Positions 38,313 to 48,531 of a DNA stretch of 64,000 nucleotides are shown one piece after another. Made by a program: the position numbers and the translations under genes. Origin of the DNA: an uncultured Methanosarcinales archaeon (lineage in GTDB: Archaea > Nanobdellota > Nanobdellia > Woesearchaeales > DSVV01); assembly GCA_964556185.1 (NCBI GenBank), contig CAZKVI010000001.1:7165-71164 (forward strand). The letters are read 5' to 3'. The notes below the pieces were generated by a model that saw only the letters and a list, made by a program, of their open reading frames with translations, made no database searches and had not been told where the DNA came from. Each line of letters starts with the position of its first letter. Positions within the stretch are counted from its first letter, which is position 1.

Positions 38313-38981
38313 TTATTCTAACCCAATAACATCATCAATATTGACAACTGGTTTGTTGAATTTCTCGTATTCGTCGATTGCTATTCTTGGGCAGGCAGTG
38401 TTTACCCAGACTTCTACAAATGGGAAGTTTTCTAATTGACTAAAATCTACATTATCACATAAGAAAAAGTAACAAGTTTTGCCTTTTGCTTCAATCTTTT
38501 GTTTTAGTTTTTCTGCGTCTTTTAGTCTATTCTGACCAGGTTTTGTAGTAATTATAACACCAATTTCATCTGCTGTTAAGAATTTTAATATTGCTCCTTT
38601 GATCTTTTTCTTTGTTTTCTCAATGTCTTTCTCGTCGATAATTACTAATGTTTCAGTTCTTGGATCATATGCAAAAACTGGTTTCTCATTTTGCATCATT
38701 AAAGCTTGTGGATGAAATAAACCATCTCCAACATAAAGAAAAGCAGGAACATCGCATTTTATTGTTTCGCAGCCTAATATTTGGCCACTATATTTTGTAT
38801 GTTTTCCATCAATAATATGCACTTTAATGCCAGCTTTTTCTAATTGGGCTTTTATTGCTTCAAAAGAATTTATATATTGGACTGTTGTGAATAATGCTAG
38901 TTCTTTAGGAAGGGCTTTTATAACTTCTTTAGATAGTAAAAATGTCTTATTTGCTCTTGCTTCTAACCATAGGGTTTTCAT
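38313..38981 (-). CDS. dph2: Dph2-family diphthamide-synthesis protein (2-(3-amino-3-carboxypropyl)histidine synthase), short form lacking the first domain.
   Basis: GQILGCE, LYVGDGLFHP and FPFVEVWVNTACPRIAIDEY align with Dph2 domains 2 and 3 (GQVLGCN / LFIGSGIFHP / VVVACPRVPLDDY in Pyrococcus Dph2). There is no room upstream for domain 1. Confidence 0.7.
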   Translation of the reverse strand: MKTLWLEARANKTFLLSKEVIKALPKELALFTTVQYINSFEAIKAQLEKAGIKVHIIDGKHTKYSGQILGCETIKCDVPAFLYVGDGLFHPQALMMQNEKPVFAYDPRTETLVIIDEKDIEKTKKKIKGAILKFLTADEIGVIITTKPGQNRLKDAEKLKQKIEAKGKTCYFFLCDNVDFSQLENFPFVEVWVNTACPRIAIDEYEKFNKPVVNIDDVIGLE

Positions 38982-39197
38982 GGTTTTAAGGTACTAGTGG
39001 GTCTTTAAAAACCTTACTATATGATTATAGTACCCATATAGGAGTTATATGCCTTATCTACTTATAAGTAGTATAAAATAGAAAGGTTTATATACTCTAC
39101 TAGAATTCCTAATGTATTGATTTAGTCAATATTATGTATAAAAAGACAAACACTAGGGGGTGTGAATTTGGGGCTTTAAGCGCCTTAAAACGTCAAA

Positions 39198-41261
39198 ATG
39201 AAAAAATCACTATTATTCCTTATCATTGCAATCTTTTTTGTAATAAATACATCTTTTGTTTTAGCTCAGTTAAATGTTTCAGCTCCTGCAAATGTATTTG
39301 GTGAAGCAGAAGAAAATACATGGATGTGGGTATTTGCAGCTGAGTTATCTGATCCAACTCTTAATTTAAGTATTGAATGGGATTTTGGTGATGGGGATAC
39401 TGCGACTGGTTCAGAATTATCTTATTATAATTCTGTTACTGAGATGTGGATTTATGCTATACCTCATGTTTATCAACAATCACAAGGTTATCTTGCATGG
39501 GTAAGTGTTACTAATCCAAATACAGGAGAAGTGCATAGTGAAAATATTGAAGTAATTGTAGAAGAACCTAATGATCCACCTGTTGTTATTATTGATCCAG
39601 CAGAAATTGTAATACCGGTAGGAGATATTGTTGATTTTGATGCATCACAAACATATGATGATCATGATGCTACAGCAGACTTACTTTATTATTGGGATGC
39701 TGATGGAGATGGAACTTTTGAACAAGATGGACAAGGACTTATGAATGTACAAACTCAATTCAATAATTCTGGAGATTATACAATTACATTAGTTGTTTTT
39801 GATTTAGATACAACTTTTTTTTATGGCCATGATGTTTCAACACCTGAATGGGGAATGAATACATCAATTGTTCATGTTAATGAAGGCCCAATTGCAGAAG
39901 CAAACGGAGATTATTATTCAGAATTTGGTAATGATATTCAATTTGATTCAACAGGTAGTTATGATCCAGAAGGATCCCCTCTGGTTTATGAATGGGATTT
40001 TGATAATGATGGAATTGTAGATAGTAATGATGCAAATCCATTGTATGCTTATCCAGATAGTGGAGATTACACTCCTCAACTTTGTGTATATGATGATTAT
40101 AATTTCCAAGATTGTGATACAGCAGATGTTGTTGTTAATTTACCACCTGTAGCAGAAGCAAATGGACCTTATTATTATGAACATAATGAAAAAATTAAAT
40201 TAGATTCAACAGCAAGATATGAAAAAGAAGGAAACAGAGGTTATGACTATTTGAGGTTTGCATGCACAACAATTCCAGATAGTTATGATGAAAGTCCATC
40301 AATTTATTATGAAAATTATGGTGATTATTCAGTAGAATTATGTGTTGAAGATGACGACGGTGCAAGAGATTGTGATGTTGCAGAAATTTCAGTGAATATT
40401 GGACCTGTTGCAGAAGCAAACGGACCTTATGAAGCAAGACCAGATGAAAATATACAATTTAATTCAACAGGAAGTTATGATATTGATGGAAATATTACAG
40501 CTTTTAATTGGGATTTTGATAATGATGGTAATGTAGATAGTTATGATGAACATCCTGAATATGATTATGATGATGAAGGAAATTATACTGCTCAACTTTG
40601 TGTTGAAGATAATGATGGAGCTATTGGTTGTGATACTGCAGAAGTTTCAGTTGTAAGAAATGAAGCACCTGTTGCAGAAGCAAATGGACCTTATGTTTAT
40701 GAATTAAATGAGACTGTTCAATTAAATTCCTCAGGAAGTTATGATCCAGAAGGTGGAGTCTTAATATATGAATGGTATATTGATAATGATGGTTTTGTCG
40801 ACAGTTATGATGAGAATCCATTAGTTAATTATGGAAGTGCAGGAGAATATGATGTAGAACTTTGTGTTGAAGATGACGAAGGAGCTAGAGATTGTGATAC
40901 TGCAGTTGTTTTAATTAGCGAAGACTTAAGCAATGATCCAAGAAGAATAATTTTTATTGATGGAATTAGATTCATGGTTGATGAACTTGAAGTTGAACCA
41001 GGAGATGAATTACCAATTCATGTTGCTATTGAAAACATTGGAAGTTATGATATAAAGAATATTAAGATCTCTGCAGCAATCTTAGAATTTGGAGAATATG
41101 TTCCATGTACTGAGTTTGAGTTTGAAATGAGAAACAAAGAATCTCAAATAATTACTCTTATTATTCCAGAAGATGCTAATCCAGGGTGGTATGATGTTAG
41201 ATTCACAGTAAGTGATGACGACGTTAGAAGAGTTAAACACAGAGACTTCTTAGTTATTTAA
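39198..41261 (+). CDS. Secreted surface protein with about five tandem PKD-like domains.
   Basis: Signal peptide. Repeating ~85-aa units: EANGPY..., SYDP(E/D)G..., WDFDNDG.VDS.D.NP.Y.Y...G.YT..LCV.DD.GA.DCDTA. Confidence 0.65.
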   Translation: MKKSLLFLIIAIFFVINTSFVLAQLNVSAPANVFGEAEENTWMWVFAAELSDPTLNLSIEWDFGDGDTATGSELSYYNSVTEMWIYAIPHVYQQSQGYLAWVSVTNPNTGEVHSENIEVIVEEPNDPPVVIIDPAEIVIPVGDIVDFDASQTYDDHDATADLLYYWDADGDGTFEQDGQGLMNVQTQFNNSGDYTITLVVFDLDTTFFYGHDVSTPEWGMNTSIVHVNEGPIAEANGDYYSEFGNDIQFDSTGSYDPEGSPLVYEWDFDNDGIVDSNDANPLYAYPDSGDYTPQLCVYDDYNFQDCDTADVVVNLPPVAEANGPYYYEHNEKIKLDSTARYEKEGNRGYDYLRFACTTIPDSYDESPSIYYENYGDYSVELCVEDDDGARDCDVAEISVNIGPVAEANGPYEARPDENIQFNSTGSYDIDGNITAFNWDFDNDGNVDSYDEHPEYDYDDEGNYTAQLCVEDNDGAIGCDTAEVSVVRNEAPVAEANGPYVYELNETVQLNSSGSYDPEGGVLIYEWYIDNDGFVDSYDENPLVNYGSAGEYDVELCVEDDEGARDCDTAVVLISEDLSNDPRRIIFIDGIRFMVDELEVEPGDELPIHVAIENIGSYDIKNIKISAAILEFGEYVPCTEFEFEMRNKESQIITLIIPEDANPGWYDVRFTVSDDDVRRVKHRDFLVI

Positions 41262-41274
41262 TTCTTTTTTGTTT

Positions 41275-41952
41275 TTAGAATATAATTGCAGTAGATAAAT
41301 ACATTACAAGAATGAATCTAGTTATTCTTGGAATAAATGCAAAGATTACAAAGTTTAGTAAGCTTAACTTAAATATGCCAGAAATCCAACAAAATGGAAC
41401 ATAAGGTACAGGAGAAATAGCAGCAACTGCTAAGCTAAGTTTACCCCATTTTGCATACATTTTTTTCCATTTTTCATATTTTGTTTCACTATAAAGCATT
41501 TTAATTCCAAACTCTCCATAGAAGTTTCCTAATAAATAACCAACTAAGCTTGCAACAATACTCCCTGATACAGCAGCAAGAAATGCATAATATGGATTAA
41601 TACCACCTAATATTCCGCCAATTAAAGGAACATCTGGACCAATTGGTTGCATTACCATGTCTGCAGCAAAAGCAACAACAAATATACCTATAACTCCATA
41701 TGTTTGAGCGAAAAAAGTTGCTTCATCTTCAAAATGTTTGTAATTGATAATAACTATTGTAAAAACAATAATCATTAGAATGATGAAAATAAGTCCTGTG
41801 TTCTTTGCAAGCTTTTTTTGATATTCAAGTCTTTTTTTATTTATAGCAGAACCACCACTAATAATACCTTTTTCAATAGCTTTTTCTCCTCTTTTAAGAG
41901 CACTTTCACTTGTTTTTAGAACTCTTTTCCCTTTTCTAATAATTCTACTCAT
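41275..41952 (-). CDS. DedA / SNARE-associated (VTT domain) family membrane protein (tentative).
   Basis: Multi-TM protein with a G-rich re-entrant segment (PIGPDVPLIGGILGGINPYYAFLAAVSG). Confidence 0.4.
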   Translation of the reverse strand: MSRIIRKGKRVLKTSESALKRGEKAIEKGIISGGSAINKKRLEYQKKLAKNTGLIFIILMIIVFTIVIINYKHFEDEATFFAQTYGVIGIFVVAFAADMVMQPIGPDVPLIGGILGGINPYYAFLAAVSGSIVASLVGYLLGNFYGEFGIKMLYSETKYEKWKKMYAKWGKLSLAVAAISPVPYVPFCWISGIFKLSLLNFVIFAFIPRITRFILVMYLSTAIIF

Positions 41953-42055
41953 ATGTTCTTATGAGTATATGTATTTTAAATACTTTGTTAAAAATTAGAT
42001 TATTTTAGTATAATAAACACAAATAATTTAAAACCAAGTCGTGATAAATTAAGCT

Positions 42056-44083
42056 ATGCCAGAAATAGGAGAACCTCCAAAGCCAAAAAGAGTATCAGCT
42101 GATAAGTTCTTAGAGCAAGAAGAAGAAAGACATTATGTACATTCTCCTGGGGAAGCTCAACAATCAGAAGGAGAAGAACCTCAATTAGAAAAAGTACTTA
42201 GTTATCCTGTTATTTTACTTATTACTATAAATTCCATCATGGGTACTGGAATATTCTTTTTGCCTGCTGTTGGAGCAAGTTTAGCAGGTCCAGCTTCATT
42301 AATAGCATGGGCTGTTATGGCAATAATTGCTATTTATATTTCAATGATTTTTGCAGAATTAACATCTATGTTTCCAGAAGCAGGTGGAATTTATGAGTTT
42401 TGTAAGCAAGCTTATGGTTATTTTTGGAGTTTCTTAATAGGATGGGGAACTTTAATAGCTGGAAATATAACAATAGCGATGTTAGTTGTTGGTGCTATAC
42501 AATATTTAGTTCCTGTAGAAGCACCTTTGGTTACAATACCAATTGCATTATTCTTTTTGTTTATGTTTAATTATATTGCATATAAAGGTATGAAAACTTC
42601 AGCAGTTATGTTGGTTGCTTTTGCAATAATAACATTTTGTGCAATACTTGGTTTAGCAATTCCTGGTGCACTTTCATTTCATCCAGAAAATTTTACTCCA
42701 TTTTTTATCGGGCCAATGTCATTGATAATAATAACTATTTTTAGTATTTCTGAAACATTCTTTGGTTGGGAAACTGCTACATTCTTAGCAGCAGAAACAA
42801 AAGATGGAGCAAGAGTAATGCCAAAAGCATTGATTTGGGGAACAGTAATAATTGCAGTGATTGTTCTTTTTTCTGTTTTTACTAGTCTAAATGCAATTAA
42901 TTGGGAAGTATTTGGAGGTTCTTCTGCTCCATTATCTGATTTAGCAGCTGTGCATTATGGTGATCTTGGTGTAAAAATATTTACAATTATTGTTTATTTA
43001 GCTATTATTGGGTCAGTTGCTGGTTGGATTGTTTCAGCACCTAGATTAATATTAGCAATGGCTCAAGATAAATTATTTTTAAGTCAATTATCTAAAATTC
43101 ATCCTGTCTATAAAACTCCTTACAAAGCAATTATTTTTCAAACAATTGTTACGTCGATTTTAGTTATAATTGGAGGTGGAGCATATAAAACTCTATTACA
43201 TTTACTTGTTCCATTAGTTTTAATTCTTTATAGTGCAGTAATTCTTAGTTTATTGTTTTTAAGAAAGAAATTACCAGACCATACTCGTCATTTTACAACA
43301 CCTTTTGCATGGCCTGGGTGTATTATTGTAATCTTGTTTTTATTGTTCTTAATAGTTATGTGGTTAATAACAACAGCGCATGCAGTACCAATTTTCTTAT
43401 TGGCATTATCTTTGTTGTTTTTTGGAATACCAATCTATATTTTGTTAAAGGTTTATTATGATCCAGATGCTGCAGTTAGTTTAAATAATTATATTGCACC
43501 ATTGTCATTTTTATTTGATAGGTTCTTTATTTTAAAGTCTGTGAAGCAAGAAATATTTGATCTTATCGACGAGGAAATTGAAGGCAAAAGAGTTCTTGAA
43601 TATGGCTCATCTGTTGGTACATTAACTAAAGAAATTGCTTCTAGGGCAGGAAGTGATGGAGAAGTTTATGCAACAGAAATCTCAGCTAATGCAATTAAAA
43701 TAGCAAAATGGAGATTAAAAAGATTAAATTTAGAGAATGTTGAGTTTTTCCATGATCCTCATCAAGTTAATCAAGTACATCAAGGAGTTCCAAGAGTGCA
43801 TGCAATTGTTTCAATGGGCATGTTTGGTTATATGCAAGATATTGAGAAGGTTTTGAGAGAGATGCATGAAAGACTTCCTGATGGCGGAAAGATTTGTTTT
43901 TGTGATTATGTTGATTTCTTTCATATGCTTCCAAATGCAGGTTGGTTAGCAAACGAAGATATGATTAAGGATATATTTGATAAAGTTGGCTTCAGAGTAA
44001 TTATTAGAAAGAAAAAGTCTTTGTTCTGGAATTATTTATTTATCTATGGAATTAAGTCTGAGGATGAAGTTCCGTTTGCATAG
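42056..44083 (+). CDS. Fusion protein: an APC-family amino acid permease joined to a C-terminal class I SAM-dependent methyltransferase domain.
   Basis: About 12 TM helices with APC signature (ITINSIMGTGIFFLP). After about aa 480 come VLEYGSSVGTLT (motif I) and DGEVYATEIS. Confidence 0.6.
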   Translation: MPEIGEPPKPKRVSADKFLEQEEERHYVHSPGEAQQSEGEEPQLEKVLSYPVILLITINSIMGTGIFFLPAVGASLAGPASLIAWAVMAIIAIYISMIFAELTSMFPEAGGIYEFCKQAYGYFWSFLIGWGTLIAGNITIAMLVVGAIQYLVPVEAPLVTIPIALFFLFMFNYIAYKGMKTSAVMLVAFAIITFCAILGLAIPGALSFHPENFTPFFIGPMSLIIITIFSISETFFGWETATFLAAETKDGARVMPKALIWGTVIIAVIVLFSVFTSLNAINWEVFGGSSAPLSDLAAVHYGDLGVKIFTIIVYLAIIGSVAGWIVSAPRLILAMAQDKLFLSQLSKIHPVYKTPYKAIIFQTIVTSILVIIGGGAYKTLLHLLVPLVLILYSAVILSLLFLRKKLPDHTRHFTTPFAWPGCIIVILFLLFLIVMWLITTAHAVPIFLLALSLLFFGIPIYILLKVYYDPDAAVSLNNYIAPLSFLFDRFFILKSVKQEIFDLIDEEIEGKRVLEYGSSVGTLTKEIASRAGSDGEVYATEISANAIKIAKWRLKRLNLENVEFFHDPHQVNQVHQGVPRVHAIVSMGMFGYMQDIEKVLREMHERLPDGGKICFCDYVDFFHMLPNAGWLANEDMIKDIFDKVGFRVIIRKKKSLFWNYLFIYGIKSEDEVPFA

Positions 44084-44085
44084 GT

Positions 44086-45057
44086 TTAATCAGTCTGTTG
44101 CTGTCTAAGGTCATACAATGCACCGAGAGCAACTTTACCAGCAGTCATTAAGTTTTCTTCATGATTATCATCCCAGATTCCTTCTCTTCTATTATTAACA
44201 GCAGGACAAATACATCCAACATTATATCCTTGGTCTGCCATAAGATAAATTAGAATGGATGCCTCCATTTCCATATTCTCAAATCTTAATCCATCAATTT
44301 CTGGGTTTAACTCTGCAAACATTCTATCTAAATCTGGAACAGTGGGACGAGTTCTAAAAATATCTCTGCCTTGGGCTGCCCAAAATCCAGGACAAGAAAC
44401 AGTTATTCCTTTTTTATAATCAACATCATATTTTCCTGCAGCTCTTTCTAATGCATCAACAACACTTTGTGTTGCTTTTGCACTATATGGGTGGAATTTT
44501 CCTTCATGTCTTTCTCCACTTGGTGTTGCATCGTTAATAGCATTTTCTACTAATCTTTCAAGTTGTGGACAACAATCATCTGAGATTGCTGCACTATAAT
44601 ATAATCCAGCAGCATCCAAACCTACAACATATTTAGTAATAAGAGCTGATCCAAGTTGGGTTTCTTCTCTTAGTCCTCCAGATGTTCCTAGTCTTATTAT
44701 ATTAATTTGATCCCACGTTTCTTTTCTTTTCTTAGTTTCCCAAATTAATTCATTTAAAATAATAAGTTCTCCAAATATAATATCTGCAGAAGGAGTGCCC
44801 ATACCATGTGTAACAAAAGATACATATTGGCCAGTGTCTTTTGTTTTTCCTGTTACGGTTCTTAAGCCTCTATGTTCATGTGTAAAATAATCTGGTTCTA
44901 AATATTCATCAGCAAGGGTGGTAGTTCTATCAGGATCACCGACAACTATAATATCAGGAGCAATATCTCCAGGTTTTACATCTAAATGATACACTTTTCC
45001 CCCATCTGGTGAAGTTGGTAAGTCTGCTGGAGGAAAAGGTCCTGGATTCTTTACCAT
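44086..45057 (-). CDS. PNP/UDP-family nucleoside phosphorylase (uridine or purine nucleoside phosphorylase-like).
   Basis: HLDVKPGDIAPDIIVVGDPDR, THGMGTPS and RLGTSGGL motifs. The gene is GC-elevated. Confidence 0.55.
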   Translation of the reverse strand: MVKNPGPFPPADLPTSPDGGKVYHLDVKPGDIAPDIIVVGDPDRTTTLADEYLEPDYFTHEHRGLRTVTGKTKDTGQYVSFVTHGMGTPSADIIFGELIILNELIWETKKRKETWDQINIIRLGTSGGLREETQLGSALITKYVVGLDAAGLYYSAAISDDCCPQLERLVENAINDATPSGERHEGKFHPYSAKATQSVVDALERAAGKYDVDYKKGITVSCPGFWAAQGRDIFRTRPTVPDLDRMFAELNPEIDGLRFENMEMEASILIYLMADQGYNVGCICPAVNNRREGIWDDNHEENLMTAGKVALGALYDLRQQQTD

Positions 45058-45058
45058 T

Positions 45059-46660
45059 TTAGCCTCTTGTTGGTCTTGGTGTGTGTCTGTAACCCATTAC
45101 GCATGGAGATATAAACTCAAACAAATATTCTTTACTGCCTGCTTTTTTGTTTGTGCCAGATTTACCATCGCCGCCGAATGGTTGTCTTGCTACGTCTGCT
45201 GCAGTTGTTTTTCTATTAACATATAAATTTCCAGCATTGTTAATAAAAATAGGCAAGTATTTTTCTAATTTTGTTGGATTTTTTATGTAAGCACTGCCTG
45301 TTAATTTGTATCCATTTTCATCAAGTGCTTTTAATGTGTCTGCTTCATCCTCGTCGTCAAAACCATAAATTGCAATTACTGGACCAAAGATTTCTTCTTG
45401 CATTAATTTATGTCTTTTGTCTGTAACTGCAATAACTGTTGGTTTTATGTAATAACCAGAAGATTTGTCAAATGTTCCTCCTGAAATAATTGTGCAATTA
45501 GGATCTTGTTTTGCTTCTTCAATGTATGAAGTAATTTTATTAAATGCTTTTTCATTTATTACAGGACCCATATTAACTTTATTAGTTGTAGGATCTCCTG
45601 TTGTAAAATTATCAAGTCTTTGTTTTAATAATTCTAATAATGTTGGTAATAAACTTTTGTGAACATAAGCTCTGCTGTTTGCAGAACATTTTTGTCCAGA
45701 TCTTCCATAAGCTCCTGCAACAATTTGGTCTGCAACATCATCTAACCAAGGTTCTGCAGATACATCAACCCACATAAAATCTTTTCCACCTGTTTCTGCA
45801 ATTACTCGAGGGAAATGTAATCTTTTTCCAGAGCCTTCGACAATTTGTTTAATTGCCCAAGCTGTATCATAACTTCCTGTAAAATTTACTGCACTTAATT
45901 CTGGATGTTTTAATACAACATTTCCAAATTCTATCCCTGGACAAGGTATCATATTAATAACACCATCTGGGAATCCAGCGTCTTTTAAACATTGCATGAA
46001 TAAATATGAAACTAAGATTGCATCACTGCTTGGTTTCCAAACAACAACATTTCCTGTCATAGCCATTACAACAGGTAAATTATAACCAATTGCAATTGGG
46101 AAATTAAATGGAGTTATTGCAGTTGTAAATCCTTTTAATGGTCTATGTACAATTGAATTTGTTTCATCAGGACTATCTTTTAATTGTTGTTGTAAAAGTT
46201 CATGATAGAAAAATGGATTAAATCGCATAAAATCAATCATTTCTGCATAACCACCTTCTGCTTCAATAGCATTGTAACCGCATTCTAACATACCAGCTGC
46301 AATAATATCTTCGTGTCTTTGTAATAAGATCTTTTCTAAATCTTTCATTAATAGAATTCTTGTTTCTGGTTTTAATGCAGCCCAATCTTTTTTAGCTTTT
46401 AATGCAGCATCAACTGCAGCTTTCATTTCAATCTCACTACCTTTGTGGCCTATTGCTACAGTGCTTAAATTTGAAGGATTTATTGAGTTAAAAGTGTTAT
46501 TTGTTTTGATTTCTTTTCCATTGATGATTATTGGAACTTCAATAGGACCTTTTTCTTGGTATTGTCTAATTTTGTTGATTAAAGATTCCCATTTTGCATT
46601 GTCACCATAATAATTTTCAAAAGCTTGATTTTCTGGTTGTTTTATAGAAAGTATTGTCAT
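45059..46660 (-). CDS. Aldehyde dehydrogenase superfamily protein, probably 1-pyrroline-5-carboxylate dehydrogenase.
   Basis: ALDH Rossmann/catalytic motifs. IAETGGKDF matches the P5CDH-type GETGGKNF, and a Cys nucleophile (GQKCSANSRAYV) is present. Length is 533 aa. Confidence 0.65.
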   Translation of the reverse strand: MTILSIKQPENQAFENYYGDNAKWESLINKIRQYQEKGPIEVPIIINGKEIKTNNTFNSINPSNLSTVAIGHKGSEIEMKAAVDAALKAKKDWAALKPETRILLMKDLEKILLQRHEDIIAAGMLECGYNAIEAEGGYAEMIDFMRFNPFFYHELLQQQLKDSPDETNSIVHRPLKGFTTAITPFNFPIAIGYNLPVVMAMTGNVVVWKPSSDAILVSYLFMQCLKDAGFPDGVINMIPCPGIEFGNVVLKHPELSAVNFTGSYDTAWAIKQIVEGSGKRLHFPRVIAETGGKDFMWVDVSAEPWLDDVADQIVAGAYGRSGQKCSANSRAYVHKSLLPTLLELLKQRLDNFTTGDPTTNKVNMGPVINEKAFNKITSYIEEAKQDPNCTIISGGTFDKSSGYYIKPTVIAVTDKRHKLMQEEIFGPVIAIYGFDDEDEADTLKALDENGYKLTGSAYIKNPTKLEKYLPIFINNAGNLYVNRKTTAADVARQPFGGDGKSGTNKKAGSKEYLFEFISPCVMGYRHTPRPTRG

Positions 46661-46738
46661 TTTCTCACCTTTATTTGTTGATTTTATTAGGAATTAGAAA
46701 TTCTATTCTATATATAAATATTTAGATTCGAAATATCA

Positions 46739-47623
46739 TTATTCTAGGAGGCTTTTTAAATAGTCTCCTTTGAATTTGAAGCCTTTTTTCTTAGCAATCT
46801 TTGCAAGAATTCTGTCAAACTTACTTCCGTATTGTGCTGCTTTCTTTTTTCGCCAGGCGAATTCATCTGGAAGACCTTCTTCTTCTGCGATTTCTCTTAA
46901 GATTATTTTTTTTTGATCTTCATCAAGTTTATCTTTATCTGGCCAGAGCATTGCTTCAATAATTAATTCTTTATCTAAAAAAGGAGTCATTAATTCTACA
47001 TTGAAAAACTTGGCTAGGGTGTAATCTCTTACAAAATCTCTTTCCCACATATTTTTTAAGCCAGACCAACATTCTTCTGTTACATTTTCTGCAAGACCAT
47101 GTCTATCATAGCCTGCAAAGATTTCTTCAGAACCAAGTCCACTAAATAGAACATTGATGTTATCTTCTTTAGCAAGTTCAGCTGCAGCATAAACAACGCA
47201 ACCAACTCCAACTTTTACAACATTTGAATTATTGAGTGTTTTTACAGTTAGTTTTATGACTTTTTCTAATTCTTCTTCTGTTAATATTTTGTATTTTAAC
47301 TCTAGGCCAATTTCATCAGCGAGCTTTCTAGCGTATTCAACATCAGGAGAACCTTCAACACCAACTGAATAACAAATAAAATCACATTTTAGTTTTTTAG
47401 CAACTAATGCAATAAATGAACTATCAACACCACCTGATAAAAGAATTCCGAATTTGCCTTTGCAACGTGTTTTGATTGCATTAAGTAATGTTTGTCTTAG
47501 TTTTTCTTTATCTGGATCATCTGTAATTGTTTCTATTTCAGTTTTTAGATTATTGATGTATTCTTTCCAAGCTTTTTCTTCAATCAATTTTCCATTTATT
47601 ATGATGTTGGATTTTTCAGTCAT
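46739..47623 (-). CDS. PP-loop ATP pyrophosphatase, asparagine-synthetase-domain-like (no glutaminase domain).
   Basis: ILLSGGVDSSFIA is the SGGxDS PP-loop. Confidence 0.6.
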   Translation of the reverse strand: MTEKSNIIINGKLIEEKAWKEYINNLKTEIETITDDPDKEKLRQTLLNAIKTRCKGKFGILLSGGVDSSFIALVAKKLKCDFICYSVGVEGSPDVEYARKLADEIGLELKYKILTEEELEKVIKLTVKTLNNSNVVKVGVGCVVYAAAELAKEDNINVLFSGLGSEEIFAGYDRHGLAENVTEECWSGLKNMWERDFVRDYTLAKFFNVELMTPFLDKELIIEAMLWPDKDKLDEDQKKIILREIAEEEGLPDEFAWRKKKAAQYGSKFDRILAKIAKKKGFKFKGDYLKSLLE

Positions 47624-47710
47624 ATCTCTTAGATTGAGTAGAATATTTATAAAGACCTATATACTGCAGTATATAAATCGTTATATATGTTAGAAGGTAT
47701 ATAAGAGTAG

Positions 47711-48169
47711 TTGAGGGGAATGAAAAAACGTATTTTAATAGCGGATGATGAATATACAATCAGAGAACTAATAGAAATGACACTAGAGTCTGATTATGAG
47801 GTAATTAAGGCAGAAGATGGTCTAGAAGCCCTTAAAATGGCTCAATCTAAGCCTGATTTGATAATTCTTGATATTATGATGCCAAAATTAGATGGTTTTG
47901 AAGTGTGTAAGAGATTGAAATCAGATAGAGAAACTAGAGAAATTCCAATTATTATGCTTACAGCAAAGCATCAAATGGAGGATGTTAATAATGCAACATC
48001 TTGTGGTGTTGATGAATATATTACAAAACCATTTGAACCAGAGTTCTTAAAAAAGAGAATTGATGTAAATTTTAAACAAGTTGATGAGAATTTACCAGCT
48101 GAAAAGAAATTGTTTAGATATGGTAAAAGTTTGCATTACATTAAAGGCAGACAAAACGTTCCTAATTAG
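47711..48169 (+). CDS. CheY-like response regulator receiver protein (stand-alone).
   Basis: ILIADDEYTIRELI, DLIILDIMMPKLDGFEV, MLTAKHQ, TKPFEPEFL. Confidence 0.8.
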   Translation: MRGMKKRILIADDEYTIRELIEMTLESDYEVIKAEDGLEALKMAQSKPDLIILDIMMPKLDGFEVCKRLKSDRETREIPIIMLTAKHQMEDVNNATSCGVDEYITKPFEPEFLKKRIDVNFKQVDENLPAEKKLFRYGKSLHYIKGRQNVPN

Positions 48170-48531
48170 TTTTACTAGGTTCTGCTAAAACATTAGAATT
48201 ATTTTTCTTTTCTTGTTTGTACAATCTAAAAGCAGTTAAATGATCTTTGGCTTTTGGAAACATTAGTGCATATTGTATTGCAGAGAATAATTTACCTAAA
48301 ATAATGCCAGTTACTAAACATGCAAAACATGTTGCATACCATTGCAATACTGTAAATGCCATGTATTTAGAATGCTTCTGTTTAATATAAGCCTGTCCTA
48401 GGTGGAGTACGAAGATTCCGTACTGTACTTAGTTATACTTATAAAATTAATTGTAATTAAGAATAATATTATTAGAACTAACTAGAATATAATTACTAAC
48501 CCACTAACTATCCACTTTTGTCGTCGACAGT

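Noticed and set aside
38982-39197. Possible missing N-terminal Dph2 domain, or a frameshifted exon, upstream of the short dph2.
   Set aside because: Only 216 nt of spacer are available, no minus-strand ORF of useful length exists there, and no Dph2 domain-1-like translation appears in any frame.
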